Under the pieces are notes generated by a model. That model was not told the origin of the DNA, ran no database searches, and saw nothing but the letters and a program-made list of their open reading frames with translations. The translations under genes were made by a program, and so were the position numbers. Positions 49,924 to 59,407 of a stretch of 64,000 bases of DNA are shown here, piece by piece (the first letter of the stretch is position 1; the number at the start of each line of letters is the position of its first letter). Source of the DNA: an uncultured Alphaproteobacteria bacterium (GTDB lineage: Bacteria > Pseudomonadota > Alphaproteobacteria > RF32 > CAG-239); NCBI GenBank assembly GCA_944392275.1, contig CALXWA010000004.1, positions 93,408 through 157,407 of the forward strand, given 5' to 3'.

Positions 49924-51090
49924 TTAGTTATCCTTTAAAAAGTTTCTGGCATTTTTAATTTTATTTTTATAAATATTTTTCTTTTGCTTATATTTACTAT
50001 GCTTTTTACCCCAAGATAATTTAGTTAATAGCTTGTATTTTAAATATTTGATGTAATTGTTTTTATAATTAAGTACATCTTTGATATTAGGCAAAAAGAG
50101 GGGGATATCTTGTTTCGTTTGAATCGTCGGCTGATTTAACAAAACGTTTCTATAAATTATTTCCTCATAGAATGGGGTTTGTCTGGCATATTGCCAAAAA
50201 CATTCTGCTAAAATTTGATTAGGTCTTATCCATGGTTTTTGTCGACCTGTTAAATGAAGTACACAGGGACCTTCTTCTCTTGCTTTTAAATATTCTCTAT
50301 ACATAACATCTGGGATGTTTCCCGCTAAATAGTCTGTCTTTTGTACATGATATACATGATTCCACTTTAAATCAATAAATCCCACATAGTTATAAAATAC
50401 AGAATTCAAAATATCTTGATCGACATAAACAGGATGTTTTACTTCTTTTAGGCGTTCTATGCATTTTGAAAGCATATCAAATTTTTTTAATTTGTTAATA
50501 TCCATAATCATCATTCCTGCTTGAAAATAACGATTAGGATTTTTTATTTTTAAGATATCTGCTAAATATTTATCAAAAGATAAAGACCAACCATCTACAG
50601 GTTGTTTTAGAGAACAATCATTAATAACCTGTATATCTGGAGTTGTTAAAATATAGTTTTGTTTCATATCCATTGTAAACAATGGAGAAATATCTTTGCA
50701 AACAACCAAATCGCAATCCAAATATAAGGCTCTTGTGTATTGATAAAAAATTTCAGGAATAAAGAATCTGTAATATGTTGCCATCGAAAATTGTGCTCGC
50801 ACATAAAATAATTTTTTGTACCGCTCAGCAAATTCTTTCATATTAAAAAAACGCACAGCAATATTTTTTCGTTGAGCACATAAATTTGAGATTAATTTTT
50901 TATTATTATCCGTAATATTATCTTCAAGAATAACTATATCATAATTATATTTCGGATTTTGGTTAGCTATTATTGACTGTACACATACACCTAAATAAAG
51001 AGCATAATTATTATCTGAAGACATAATGATCAAATTATCACTCTTAAAAAGTGGTTTCAATTGTTTCACATCTTGTATTGTATTGAACAT
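49924..51090 (-). CDS. glycosyltransferase family 8
   Basis: Motifs SDNNYALY, LYLDCDLVV, FQAGMMIMD, DQDILN and HLTGRQKPW. Confidence 0.85.
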   Translation of the reverse strand: MFNTIQDVKQLKPLFKSDNLIIMSSDNNYALYLGVCVQSIIANQNPKYNYDIVILEDNITDNNKKLISNLCAQRKNIAVRFFNMKEFAERYKKLFYVRAQFSMATYYRFFIPEIFYQYTRALYLDCDLVVCKDISPLFTMDMKQNYILTTPDIQVINDCSLKQPVDGWSLSFDKYLADILKIKNPNRYFQAGMMIMDINKLKKFDMLSKCIERLKEVKHPVYVDQDILNSVFYNYVGFIDLKWNHVYHVQKTDYLAGNIPDVMYREYLKAREEGPCVLHLTGRQKPWIRPNQILAECFWQYARQTPFYEEIIYRNVLLNQPTIQTKQDIPLFLPNIKDVLNYKNNYIKYLKYKLLTKLSWGKKHSKYKQKKNIYKNKIKNARNFLKDN

Positions 51091-51101
51091 TGTCTATCCT
51101 C

Positions 51102-53657
51102 CTATTTAAATAAATTCTCGTATATTTCTTCTTTTAAAAATGGTAATTTTTTAACAGCGGAGGCATTAATAACCTGTTTTTTTTGCGTTTTTAAAAAATT
51201 ACTTCCAAATTTCAACCCATCATACATCCGTTGTTGATTATAGACGGAATGTCGAGCTCGATTTTCTTCCTCCTTTGTAGAAGTATAAGCATGTGCTTCT
51301 TTTGTTTTAAAATCCAAATCGACACCAATTAAATAGATTTTCTTAAAGCCTAAATAAGCCATAATTTGCAATGCATAAACAATGACCGTACATCCACAAT
51401 AAAGTGGCTTACATAAATCCGTTTGAAATCCATTGGATGCAGGATTAACAGACCTATCATACGTATCAAAAAAAATGGGGGTTTCTATCACATTCACACA
51501 ATCTATTGCGGATCTAAAGAAATAAGTATCAGAAAAATTAGCATCCAATTCTGTACATGATTCTGCATAACCAAAAATATCACCAAAAACATGGAAGGTG
51601 GAATGTTTTAATCCCTTTTCGACCAATTTATATCCTTTTCCGACTGTACATGTATATTCGTTATTTAATTTTGTTAAATCTAGTTGATTTAAGGAAGGTG
51701 AGCCACCGATAATAAAACACCTTTTCCCCTTATATTTATCTTTTAATTTTCGAATTGCTGCAATATTTTGAGGCAACTGAGCGGTCGTTGTATATTTAAC
51801 AGTCCAAAAATAAAGAGGGATTCCAAAAAGTTTGAAAATTCGATAAATTCCTTTTTTCTTAATACTGAAAAAGAGCAAATTAATTTTTGTATTTGTTTTT
51901 TTCCCAATACGAACACCTAAGAAATATAAAATGCTCTTTTCTGGTGTTTTACGAATTTTTGCTATTCTAATTCCTAAAAGCCAGAATATTTTGCTTTCCA
52001 ATGTCTTTTTGACAGTAAAAAACGGAACACCCAATAACCTCAATGCTGACTTTTTAGAATTACTACCTATGTCTTTCTTACTATGGTAATTTATTATTTT
52101 TATTCCTAACAAAGACAAATAAATTCTTTTTTCTTTTGAATTAGAGGCTTTTACAAAAAACTTATTGAACGTTATTTTCGTATAAAATTTAATTTCTTTT
52201 TTAATAAAATTCACTACATTTTGTGCATATCTAATAGCCTCTTTTGTTTGATTTAATTGAGGATTATACCAGCCTGTATCATCTTTATAAGGGGAACGAA
52301 TATTACAATAAATTATGTTAGTATTTAATCCTTTTAATCTATTCCATTGATCAATAACTACTAAATAAAATTGCTTTTTTCCTCTTTTTATTTTTAGTAG
52401 TTCATAAAGTTCATTAATTAATGTGGGATTAGATGAAGCTTTTAATATAAAGAACAGTGCTTTTTTCGAAGATAACGCAATTTTAAAATGTGTAATTCTC
52501 TCATCCAGTCTTTGCTTGAATTTATTAAAATCATTACCGCAATCTCTATCCTTATTATAGAATAAACCTAATGATTCATTGATAAAATATCCACGTTTTT
52601 CATCAAAATGCATATCTTGATAAATGGAACTGAAATTATTTTTTAAAACAGCAACAACTCCTGCTAATGTAGAGTAACAATTATCAAATGGCATATAATT
52701 ATCTTGAGAAATGTTATATATTTTCGACGCGTTTAAGTAGTCTTGAATCATCTCATCACAGCCTAAAGATATAACGCCCACTCCTTGCGAATACAGATTC
52801 TTATCACTAATAAAATCTTTAGCAATCATCATTTGGGATTTTTCAGCCCAAGGGGTCATTTGTAAGTATTTTAAATATTCTTTTTTATAAGGATGCACAG
52901 AATCAATATTCCAAGGCTTGTCAGGTCCTACAAAATGAACAATTACTGGATTTTTAACCGCATTTGCATAATCTTTATCTTCCATAGGTTGTTTTCCACC
53001 ATAAGATTCAAAATGAAATTTATGATACATATTCCATTTATAGCTGATTATTTTGATTTTATCATGGAAACAGTAATTAATAAAATCTTGATCTCCTGTT
53101 TTTGCCTCTATTTTTCCAATTTGTTTCAGCATTTTTTTGAAGTAATCATGTTTTCTAAGTTCTGTACAATTAATAATAATTACACCAGCATTTATATATT
53201 CATATTTTTGATCATAGCCATGCTTTTTTACCAATCCCTTAGAATTTGCATCTTTTACCCCAGCAAAATAATACCCTGATACATCTATATTATTCATATC
53301 TGAAATGTCAGATAAAACTACCAAATCGGAATCAATATAAATCATTTTATCCAATTTTGGAAAGAGCATTGGAATTAACAATCGATTAAAAGTAGCCAAA
53401 GTCAAATGAGGATGCATCTTAACGGCTTTAAAGGGAGCTAAACTGTTCTCATCTAATTTGGGATAATCAATTTGACAATCTTTGATTTTTTTTAATTTAT
53501 CAAATTTTAGTTTATTCTCATTGCTGAGCTGCATTGATAAGATATAAAAATGGTATTTATCTTTACGCTTTGCATTTGATAAAATAGATGCTACAACAGT
53601 TGCTGTATGTTGAATATAATTATCATCAGTTGATAAACAAATGTTTATTTCTTTCAT
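51102..53657 (-). CDS. multidomain protein: GT8 + unknown middle region + tandem LLGI repeats + DUF115/Maf-like C-terminal domain
   Basis: N-terminal GT8 motifs (TDDNYIQH, IYIDSDLVV, NAGVIIIN, GDQDFIN, HFVGPDKPW). Five to six degenerate repeats of about 18 aa at aa 511-618. The C-terminal part, KGKRCFIIGGSPSLN..IYLIGVDL, resembles DUF115. Confidence 0.7.
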   Translation of the reverse strand: MKEINICLSTDDNYIQHTATVVASILSNAKRKDKYHFYILSMQLSNENKLKFDKLKKIKDCQIDYPKLDENSLAPFKAVKMHPHLTLATFNRLLIPMLFPKLDKMIYIDSDLVVLSDISDMNNIDVSGYYFAGVKDANSKGLVKKHGYDQKYEYINAGVIIINCTELRKHDYFKKMLKQIGKIEAKTGDQDFINYCFHDKIKIISYKWNMYHKFHFESYGGKQPMEDKDYANAVKNPVIVHFVGPDKPWNIDSVHPYKKEYLKYLQMTPWAEKSQMMIAKDFISDKNLYSQGVGVISLGCDEMIQDYLNASKIYNISQDNYMPFDNCYSTLAGVVAVLKNNFSSIYQDMHFDEKRGYFINESLGLFYNKDRDCGNDFNKFKQRLDERITHFKIALSSKKALFFILKASSNPTLINELYELLKIKRGKKQFYLVVIDQWNRLKGLNTNIIYCNIRSPYKDDTGWYNPQLNQTKEAIRYAQNVVNFIKKEIKFYTKITFNKFFVKASNSKEKRIYLSLLGIKIINYHSKKDIGSNSKKSALRLLGVPFFTVKKTLESKIFWLLGIRIAKIRKTPEKSILYFLGVRIGKKTNTKINLLFFSIKKKGIYRIFKLFGIPLYFWTVKYTTTAQLPQNIAAIRKLKDKYKGKRCFIIGGSPSLNQLDLTKLNNEYTCTVGKGYKLVEKGLKHSTFHVFGDIFGYAESCTELDANFSDTYFFRSAIDCVNVIETPIFFDTYDRSVNPASNGFQTDLCKPLYCGCTVIVYALQIMAYLGFKKIYLIGVDLDFKTKEAHAYTSTKEEENRARHSVYNQQRMYDGLKFGSNFLKTQKKQVINASAVKKLPFLKEEIYENLFK

Positions 53658-54625
53658 TAATATCTCCTATTTAATTCCCAATTCCAAGCGGTTTGGATGA
53701 TGTCTTTGATGTTGGTATATTTAGGCTCCCAACCCAAAATTTCTTTTGCTTTGGTATTGTTGGCAAAAAGTCTTGCAGGATCGCCAGCTCTGCGAGGAGC
53801 ATATTCAACTGGACATTTTTTGCCGGATACTTCTTCTGCTGCAGAGATAATGTCTTTTACAGAGGTTCCGATACCTGTTCCCAAATTAATACATCCGTTA
53901 TAGCTTCCGAGTTTTTCAAGTGCTAAACGATGTGCTAAAGCAAGATCTTCAACGTGAATATAGTCACGAATACAAGTGCCATCTGGAGTATCATAATCAG
54001 TACCAAACACTTTAATATTATCTCTTTCTCCTGTAATCGCTTTTAATACTAATGGAATCAAATGTGTTTCCGGCGTATGGCATTCACCAATTTTGCCATC
54101 TTCCGAACATCCGGCTGCATTAAAATAGCGCAAAGCAATATGCTGCAAGCCGTAAGCTCGTGCATAATCAGCAAAAATTTGCTCGATCATCAACTTTGTG
54201 CGGCCATATGGGTTAATCGGATTCTGCGGGTGTTTTTCATCAATCGGGGTATATTGCGGCTCGCCATAGGTTGCACATGTACTGGAAAAAACAATTTTTT
54301 TCACATTATGCGCCAACATAGCATGAAGTAAATTAACCGTGCCGATAACATTATTGTAGTAATATTTCTCAGGCTCATTAACACTCTCTCCGACATAGGC
54401 AAATGCCGCAAAATGAATCACATCATCAATCCTATTGTTTTTAAACAGGTTATCCAAAGAATATGGATCTAACAAGTCTGCGTGAACAAACTTGGCACGC
54501 TCATCAACTGCCTCACGATGCCCATAAATCAAATTATCTGCAACAACAACTTCATAATCGTTATCCAGTAAATGTCTGACTGTATGTGAGCCAATATAAC
54601 CGGCTCCACCCATCACTAATATCAT
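53657..54625 (-). CDS. galE: UDP-glucose 4-epimerase
   Basis: Motifs GGAGYIGSH, the YGRTK catalytic motif and SDR extended-family features. Confidence 0.9.
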   Translation of the reverse strand: MILVMGGAGYIGSHTVRHLLDNDYEVVVADNLIYGHREAVDERAKFVHADLLDPYSLDNLFKNNRIDDVIHFAAFAYVGESVNEPEKYYYNNVIGTVNLLHAMLAHNVKKIVFSSTCATYGEPQYTPIDEKHPQNPINPYGRTKLMIEQIFADYARAYGLQHIALRYFNAAGCSEDGKIGECHTPETHLIPLVLKAITGERDNIKVFGTDYDTPDGTCIRDYIHVEDLALAHRLALEKLGSYNGCINLGTGIGTSVKDIISAAEEVSGKKCPVEYAPRRAGDPARLFANNTKAKEILGWEPKYTNIKDIIQTAWNWELNRRY

Positions 54626-55959
54626 GCAACCTCCCGCAGACGATTTTCTTTCATTTCTGTATTTTTTCCGATTCCCTGATACTTAAATCCACTTTGTAAG
54701 ACTGCTTCGGAGTCCAGCAAATTACGGCAATCAACAATATTTTTATGTCGCATCAAAGTCGCGGCTAAATCCAAATCCAAAGACTTAAATTCATTCCACT
54801 CCGTTAAAATAGCCAACACATCGGCATCTTTTATGCACGCATACATATCATCGGCATAGCTGATTTTATCGCCAACCAACTGACAAGCCGTTCCCATCGC
54901 CTTCGGGTCATAAGCCGTAATATTTGCTTTATGCTCTAGCAAATTATACACAATTTCCATTGCCGGACTTTCACGGCAATCATCGGTGCCGTCTTTGAAC
55001 GCCAAGCCCAAAACCGCAATTTTCGGATTCTCAATCCCTTTAACGGCTTCTAAAATCCGATCTGCCATTTGTTGTTTGCGCTTGGTATTCCCGGCAATAG
55101 CGGCGTTAATCAATGTCATGTCAACATCATTCTGGCGAGCCATGTATGACATTGCCATCGTATCTTTCGGGAAGCAACTTCCACCGTACCCAGGACCCGG
55201 ATTTAAGAATCTGTTACCGATACGGCTGTCTAAGCCCATACCTTTAGCAACTTCAGTAATATCCGCACCTGTTTTCTCGCAAAAGTTTGCCATTTCATTA
55301 ATATAATGAATTTTGATAGCTAAAAAGGCATTGGATGCATATTTAATTGTTTCACTTGAACGACGTTTCACAAACAACATTTGAGTTTTACCCTCAAAAG
55401 GCTTGTATAATTCTTTAATCACATTGCGGGCTTTTTCGGTGTTAGCTCCAACAACAATGCGGTCCGGATGGAAAAAGTCATGAACAGCAAAACCTTCGCG
55501 CAAAAATTCCGGCAAAGAAACAACATCAAAATCCGCAAACGGGTTTTTCTTAGAGATTAACGCTTCAATATCGTCACCCGTTCCAACAGGAACTGTTGAC
55601 TTTGTTGCAATAACCGTATAACCCTGCAAATATTCTGCCAATTCTGTTGCGGCGGCGTGAATATATTTCATATCCGCCTCTTTCGTGACCGGATGTGGCG
55701 GTGTCCCGACAGCGATAATGACTAAATCTGCATTTTCAACACCTTCTTTCATCGAGGTGGTAAATTTAATCCGTCCGGCTTTAACATTTTTATGGAATAA
55801 TTCTTCCAAGCCATCTTCATAAAGTGTAATTTTGCCGGCTTTTAAGGCATCAATTTTCTTTGGTTCTCTGTCAATACAAACAACTTCATTTCCAAGTTCA
55901 GCCAAACCGACACCCGTTGGTAATCCGACATATCCTGTACCAATAATTCCTACTTTCAT
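54622..55959 (-). CDS. ugd: UDP-glucose 6-dehydrogenase
   Basis: Motifs GTGYVGLPTG and GGSCFPKD (catalytic Cys). ATG at 55959. Confidence 0.92.
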   Translation of the reverse strand: MKVGIIGTGYVGLPTGVGLAELGNEVVCIDREPKKIDALKAGKITLYEDGLEELFHKNVKAGRIKFTTSMKEGVENADLVIIAVGTPPHPVTKEADMKYIHAAATELAEYLQGYTVIATKSTVPVGTGDDIEALISKKNPFADFDVVSLPEFLREGFAVHDFFHPDRIVVGANTEKARNVIKELYKPFEGKTQMLFVKRRSSETIKYASNAFLAIKIHYINEMANFCEKTGADITEVAKGMGLDSRIGNRFLNPGPGYGGSCFPKDTMAMSYMARQNDVDMTLINAAIAGNTKRKQQMADRILEAVKGIENPKIAVLGLAFKDGTDDCRESPAMEIVYNLLEHKANITAYDPKAMGTACQLVGDKISYADDMYACIKDADVLAILTEWNEFKSLDLDLAATLMRHKNIVDCRNLLDSEAVLQSGFKYQGIGKNTEMKENRLREVA

Positions 55960-55960
55960 C

Positions 55961-56926
55961 TTATGCAACCTTTTTAAACTGATCTATTTGTGTTTTGAAA
56001 TATGCGATTGTTTTATCCAAACCCTCATCGAGCTTGATTTTCGGCTCCCAATCAAGTTTGGTTTTTGCCAAAGTAATATCCGGTCTTCTTTGTGTCGGGT
56101 CATCTGACGGTAAATCTTTGTAAACAACCTTTGAACTGCCTCCGACTTTAGAGACAACCATTTCCGCTAATTCTTTAATCGTAAATTCCCCTGGGTTGCC
56201 GATATTAACCGGTCCGGTAAATGCTTTCTCCGAATTCATCATACGGATTAACACTTCAATCAAATCATCAACATAACAGAATGAGCGTGTTTGATGTCCA
56301 TCACCATAAATCGTTATATCTTGCCCGGATAGGGCTTGACAGATAAAGTTTGAAACCACACGCCCGTCATTCGGGTCCATATTCGGACCATAGGTATTAA
56401 AAATACGAACCACTTTAATATCAACGCCCTCATGACGGTGATAATCAAAGAACAAACTCTCTGCACAACGCTTACCCTCATCATAACAAGCTCTGATACC
56501 AATTGGATTGACATTTCCGCGATAACTTTCAACTTGAGGATGCACCAAGGGCTCACCGTATATTTCAGAAGTTGAGGTTTGTAGAATGGTTGCATGATGC
56601 AGTTTTGCTAAATCAAGCATATTAATTGCCCCTAAGACGCAAGTCTTTGTGGTCTTAATGGAATAACTTCCCTGATATGCCGGAGGAGAGGCTGGGCAAG
56701 CCATGTTATAAATCTGGTCGATCTTCTCATCATTTATCTCTAACAGATCACAAATATCATGTTCAATAAAGAGAAAATTAGGATGATTGACAATACTTTC
56801 AATATTACTCAATCTGCCAGTGTAGTTGTTATCTACACAAATAACTCTATTTCCTTCATTTATTAAGCGAATACACAAATTGGAACCTAAAAAACCTGTT
56901 CCTCCAGTTACTAATATAGTTTTCAT
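55961..56926 (-). CDS. UDP-glucuronate decarboxylase (UDP-xylose synthase type)
   Basis: Motifs [18 protein letters not shown] and the RIFNTYGP pattern of UXS/ArnA-C enzymes. Its ATGA overlaps the GT2 stop. Confidence 0.85.
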   Translation of the reverse strand: MKTILVTGGTGFLGSNLCIRLINEGNRVICVDNNYTGRLSNIESIVNHPNFLFIEHDICDLLEINDEKIDQIYNMACPASPPAYQGSYSIKTTKTCVLGAINMLDLAKLHHATILQTSTSEIYGEPLVHPQVESYRGNVNPIGIRACYDEGKRCAESLFFDYHRHEGVDIKVVRIFNTYGPNMDPNDGRVVSNFICQALSGQDITIYGDGHQTRSFCYVDDLIEVLIRMMNSEKAFTGPVNIGNPGEFTIKELAEMVVSKVGGSSKVVYKDLPSDDPTQRRPDITLAKTKLDWEPKIKLDEGLDKTIAYFKTQIDQFKKVA

Positions 56927-57924
56927 AAAATACCTCTTGTTACAAAATAAAAAATTCTCCATCTCAGTTTGAGCCTAAAAATTTTACTCAATTTAGAGTT
57001 CATTAGTCTCCATTGTCCTGGAATTGTGCGTGTTCTATGGAAGTGTTTTTTGAATTTTTTCTTAAAAAAATACATTAAATCCTTTTTGGGATATCCCTTG
57101 GATATAAGCGAATCTAAAATTGGTCCAATTCTGTCTTCCAACTCTTTTAGCTCGTCTCGACTAAAAGGGGTCCCCATAAAAAACTTTGACCATAAATTGA
57201 TATTTTCAAATTTGATATTGCAGTACTTCTGAAATGCGCATATTTGCGCCAAACCTCCTTTCTCACGTTGAATATCACGTTGAGTATGAGAAATATTAGC
57301 TAAATGATAACGATACGTTGTTAATTTTTCGGGTAAAATTGCAAATTTTGTATGACCAACCATATCCAACCAAAACCCGTAATCCTCTGCGGGAACATAC
57401 TCGTTTTTATAACGAATGTTGTTTTTTTCGATAACTGATTTTCTAATCATCACACTTGATTGACAAAAGACACAACCATTGAATATTAAATTTGATTCAA
57501 TCTCAAAATGAGTTTTATATGGAATAAAATTTACATCCTTTGCATCATCACCTATAGCATCGACAGCTGTACCTAGACATCCGATTTCAGGATTGCTCAT
57601 GAAAAAAGCTATCTGTTTTTCAAATCTATCTTTTTTTGAAAAATCGTCAGAGTCTAAAAAAGCTATATAATCACCTACAGCTCTTTCAATAGCGTAGTTC
57701 CTTGCTATGGCTGCGCCAGAATTCTTATTAAGCCTAAAATATTTAATTCGGGTATCGTTATATGAAAAAACAATATCTTTTATATAAAAGTCAGAAAAGT
57801 CATCAACTATAAGGAGTTCGAAATCAGCATAAGATTGTGAAAGAATACTAGAAATAGCCTCACGAAAGAATTCTTCCTTTGTGTTATAGACAGGCATCAC
57901 AACGGATATGTTAGATTTCGACAT
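56923..57924 (-). CDS. glycosyltransferase family 2 (first gene of the operon)
   Basis: Motifs [14 protein letters not shown] and [14 protein letters not shown]. Confidence 0.85.
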   Translation of the reverse strand: MSKSNISVVMPVYNTKEEFFREAISSILSQSYADFELLIVDDFSDFYIKDIVFSYNDTRIKYFRLNKNSGAAIARNYAIERAVGDYIAFLDSDDFSKKDRFEKQIAFFMSNPEIGCLGTAVDAIGDDAKDVNFIPYKTHFEIESNLIFNGCVFCQSSVMIRKSVIEKNNIRYKNEYVPAEDYGFWLDMVGHTKFAILPEKLTTYRYHLANISHTQRDIQREKGGLAQICAFQKYCNIKFENINLWSKFFMGTPFSRDELKELEDRIGPILDSLISKGYPKKDLMYFFKKKFKKHFHRTRTIPGQWRLMNSKLSKIFRLKLRWRIFYFVTRGIL

Positions 57925-57991
57925 AGCAAGCCTGTTTAATCCTTTCTATTTGTTACAATCAAAACTTTTCCACCTTTATCTGTTACGAAAA

Positions 57992-58132
57992 CGGTGGTTT
58001 TTAGGACAAATCAATAAAAAACCTTGTATTTAAGGCGTTTGATACTTGGAAAACAAGGCTCTCTGAGGCAAAACTACCCTAAGTTTTTACAAGCCCTTAA
58101 TTTAAGGGTTTTTTATGTCCTAAAAACCACCG
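57992..58132. promoter_or_regulatory. candidate invertible DNA switch (16-bp perfect inverted repeats flanking 109 bp)
   Basis: CGGTGGTTTTTAGGAC (57992-58007) and GTCCTAAAAACCACCG (58117-58132). The switch lies between the invertase stop (58225) and the GT2 start (57924). Confidence 0.6.
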
Positions 58133-58224
58133 ATTTTTCTACAGAAAATTAAAAAAATTGTTGCTTTATTTTTTTGAATAGTGTATGCTGTTTCTAATTC
58201 ACCGTCTAGAAACCACACAGTATT

Positions 58225-58845
58225 TTATTGCTTTTTGCTAATGTATTCTTGAAGATTGTGTACTTTTAGAAAAGTATAAATTAGGCTTCTCTCGATGCCC
58301 AACATTTTTGCTATTTGTGTCTTTGGCACGTTCTTTTCCAGTAGGCCTACAAGTTGTTTATTCTTCCCATCTAATTTACGCTTCATAGTACGAAAACCAT
58401 GTGGCCTCCCAAGATGTTTTCCGTCAGCTTTTATCCTAGCTAGAGCTTCTTTTGTCCTCTGGCTAATTAAGTTTCTCTCAATTTCAGCTGAAAGTCCAAA
58501 AGCAAAGGCGAGAACCTTACTTTGTATGTCTGTCCCGAGGCGATAATTATCTTTAATAGTCCAAACTTGTACTTCATTTTTCATACAGTGGTGGAGAATA
58601 CTCATAATTTGCAATAGATTTCTACCTAATCTTGAAATTTCTGAAGCAATTAGGACATCGCCTTTCTTTAGTCTTTTTAGTAGTGAACCCAGTTTCCTTT
58701 TTTCTACAGACACTGTTCCGGACACTGTTTCCTCAATCCATCTGTCGATCCGTATATTTTCTCTACCAACAAAGTTTTCTATTTCAAATCGTTGATTTTC
58801 AACGGTCTGTTTGTCTGTACTGACACGTATATATCCATATATCAT
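58225..58845 (-). CDS. small serine recombinase (Hin/Gin invertase or resolvase type)
   Basis: N-terminus MIYGYIRVSTDKQ (catalytic Ser), SRLGRN, and a C-terminal HTH (TQIAKMLGIERSLIYTFLK). ATG at 58845. Confidence 0.88.
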   Translation of the reverse strand: MIYGYIRVSTDKQTVENQRFEIENFVGRENIRIDRWIEETVSGTVSVEKRKLGSLLKRLKKGDVLIASEISRLGRNLLQIMSILHHCMKNEVQVWTIKDNYRLGTDIQSKVLAFAFGLSAEIERNLISQRTKEALARIKADGKHLGRPHGFRTMKRKLDGKNKQLVGLLEKNVPKTQIAKMLGIERSLIYTFLKVHNLQEYISKKQ

Positions 58846-58861
58846 TTTAATACCTTTCAAT

Positions 58862-58891
58862 AAAAAATCCCTGTAGTTTTACCACAGGGAT
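58862..58891 (-). terminator. rho-independent terminator
   Basis: On the minus strand, TCCCTGT-loop-ACAGGGA is followed by T6. Confidence 0.65.
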
Positions 58892-58982
58892 TTATAAAAA
58901 AAATGCCCTATATGCCATTTTGCACCGTCTGTTTCAGCCTGCGAAACAACAGCTTGTAATCTTTCTTCCATATTTGCCATTT

Positions 58983-59390
58983 TTATAAATCCTCAATATA
59001 TTGCGGGCATTCCGTATGAACGAAATAGTGCAGATGATTAACCGCACTTGAAAGCCTATCAAAGTCATTTTCTAGTAAAATTGCCAACGCACCATCCGAA
59101 AGTGTCGGTCGGTCACGTACTTCAAGTTCTGATGTGATTTCCCAAAGGTATCCATTCAGGAGTTTTGCTTCGAACTGTTGAGTAAACCGAGCTTCTTGCT
59201 TCAAAAGTCCAAGACCGCCTAAAAGGGTAATAACAAACCATTCAGCACCTTCTTTTGCGTAGTATTTGTACCAAGCTTCAAAGAGCGAGAATTGTTCTCT
59301 ATTCATCACCCAGCACACAGAAATTTTAGACGGCGTTTGCTCATAACGCCGCCTTTGTCTCGCCGGGCCTGCCTCCATATCGGTTCGCAC
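58983..59390 (-). CDS. hypothetical protein, possibly phage minor-tail-like remnant
   Basis: By eye, the pattern GPARQRRRY..VCWVMNREQFSLFEAWY..GAEWF..ARF..FEA loosely recalls lambda gpM-type minor tail proteins. This is weak. Confidence 0.35.
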   Translation of the reverse strand: MRTDMEAGPARQRRRYEQTPSKISVCWVMNREQFSLFEAWYKYYAKEGAEWFVITLLGGLGLLKQEARFTQQFEAKLLNGYLWEITSELEVRDRPTLSDGALAILLENDFDRLSSAVNHLHYFVHTECPQYIEDL

Positions 59391-59407
59391 AATAGCTTCA
59401 CCGGGTT

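Noticed and set aside
47665-51184. A/T8 homopolymer tracts inside glycosyltransferase genes (47665-47672, 51177-51184), considered as slipped-strand phase-variation sites.
   Set aside because: Tracts of the same length occur in housekeeping genes, for example the rsmB-family gene at 24676-24683. Eight A/T is short for efficient slippage in an AT-rich genome.
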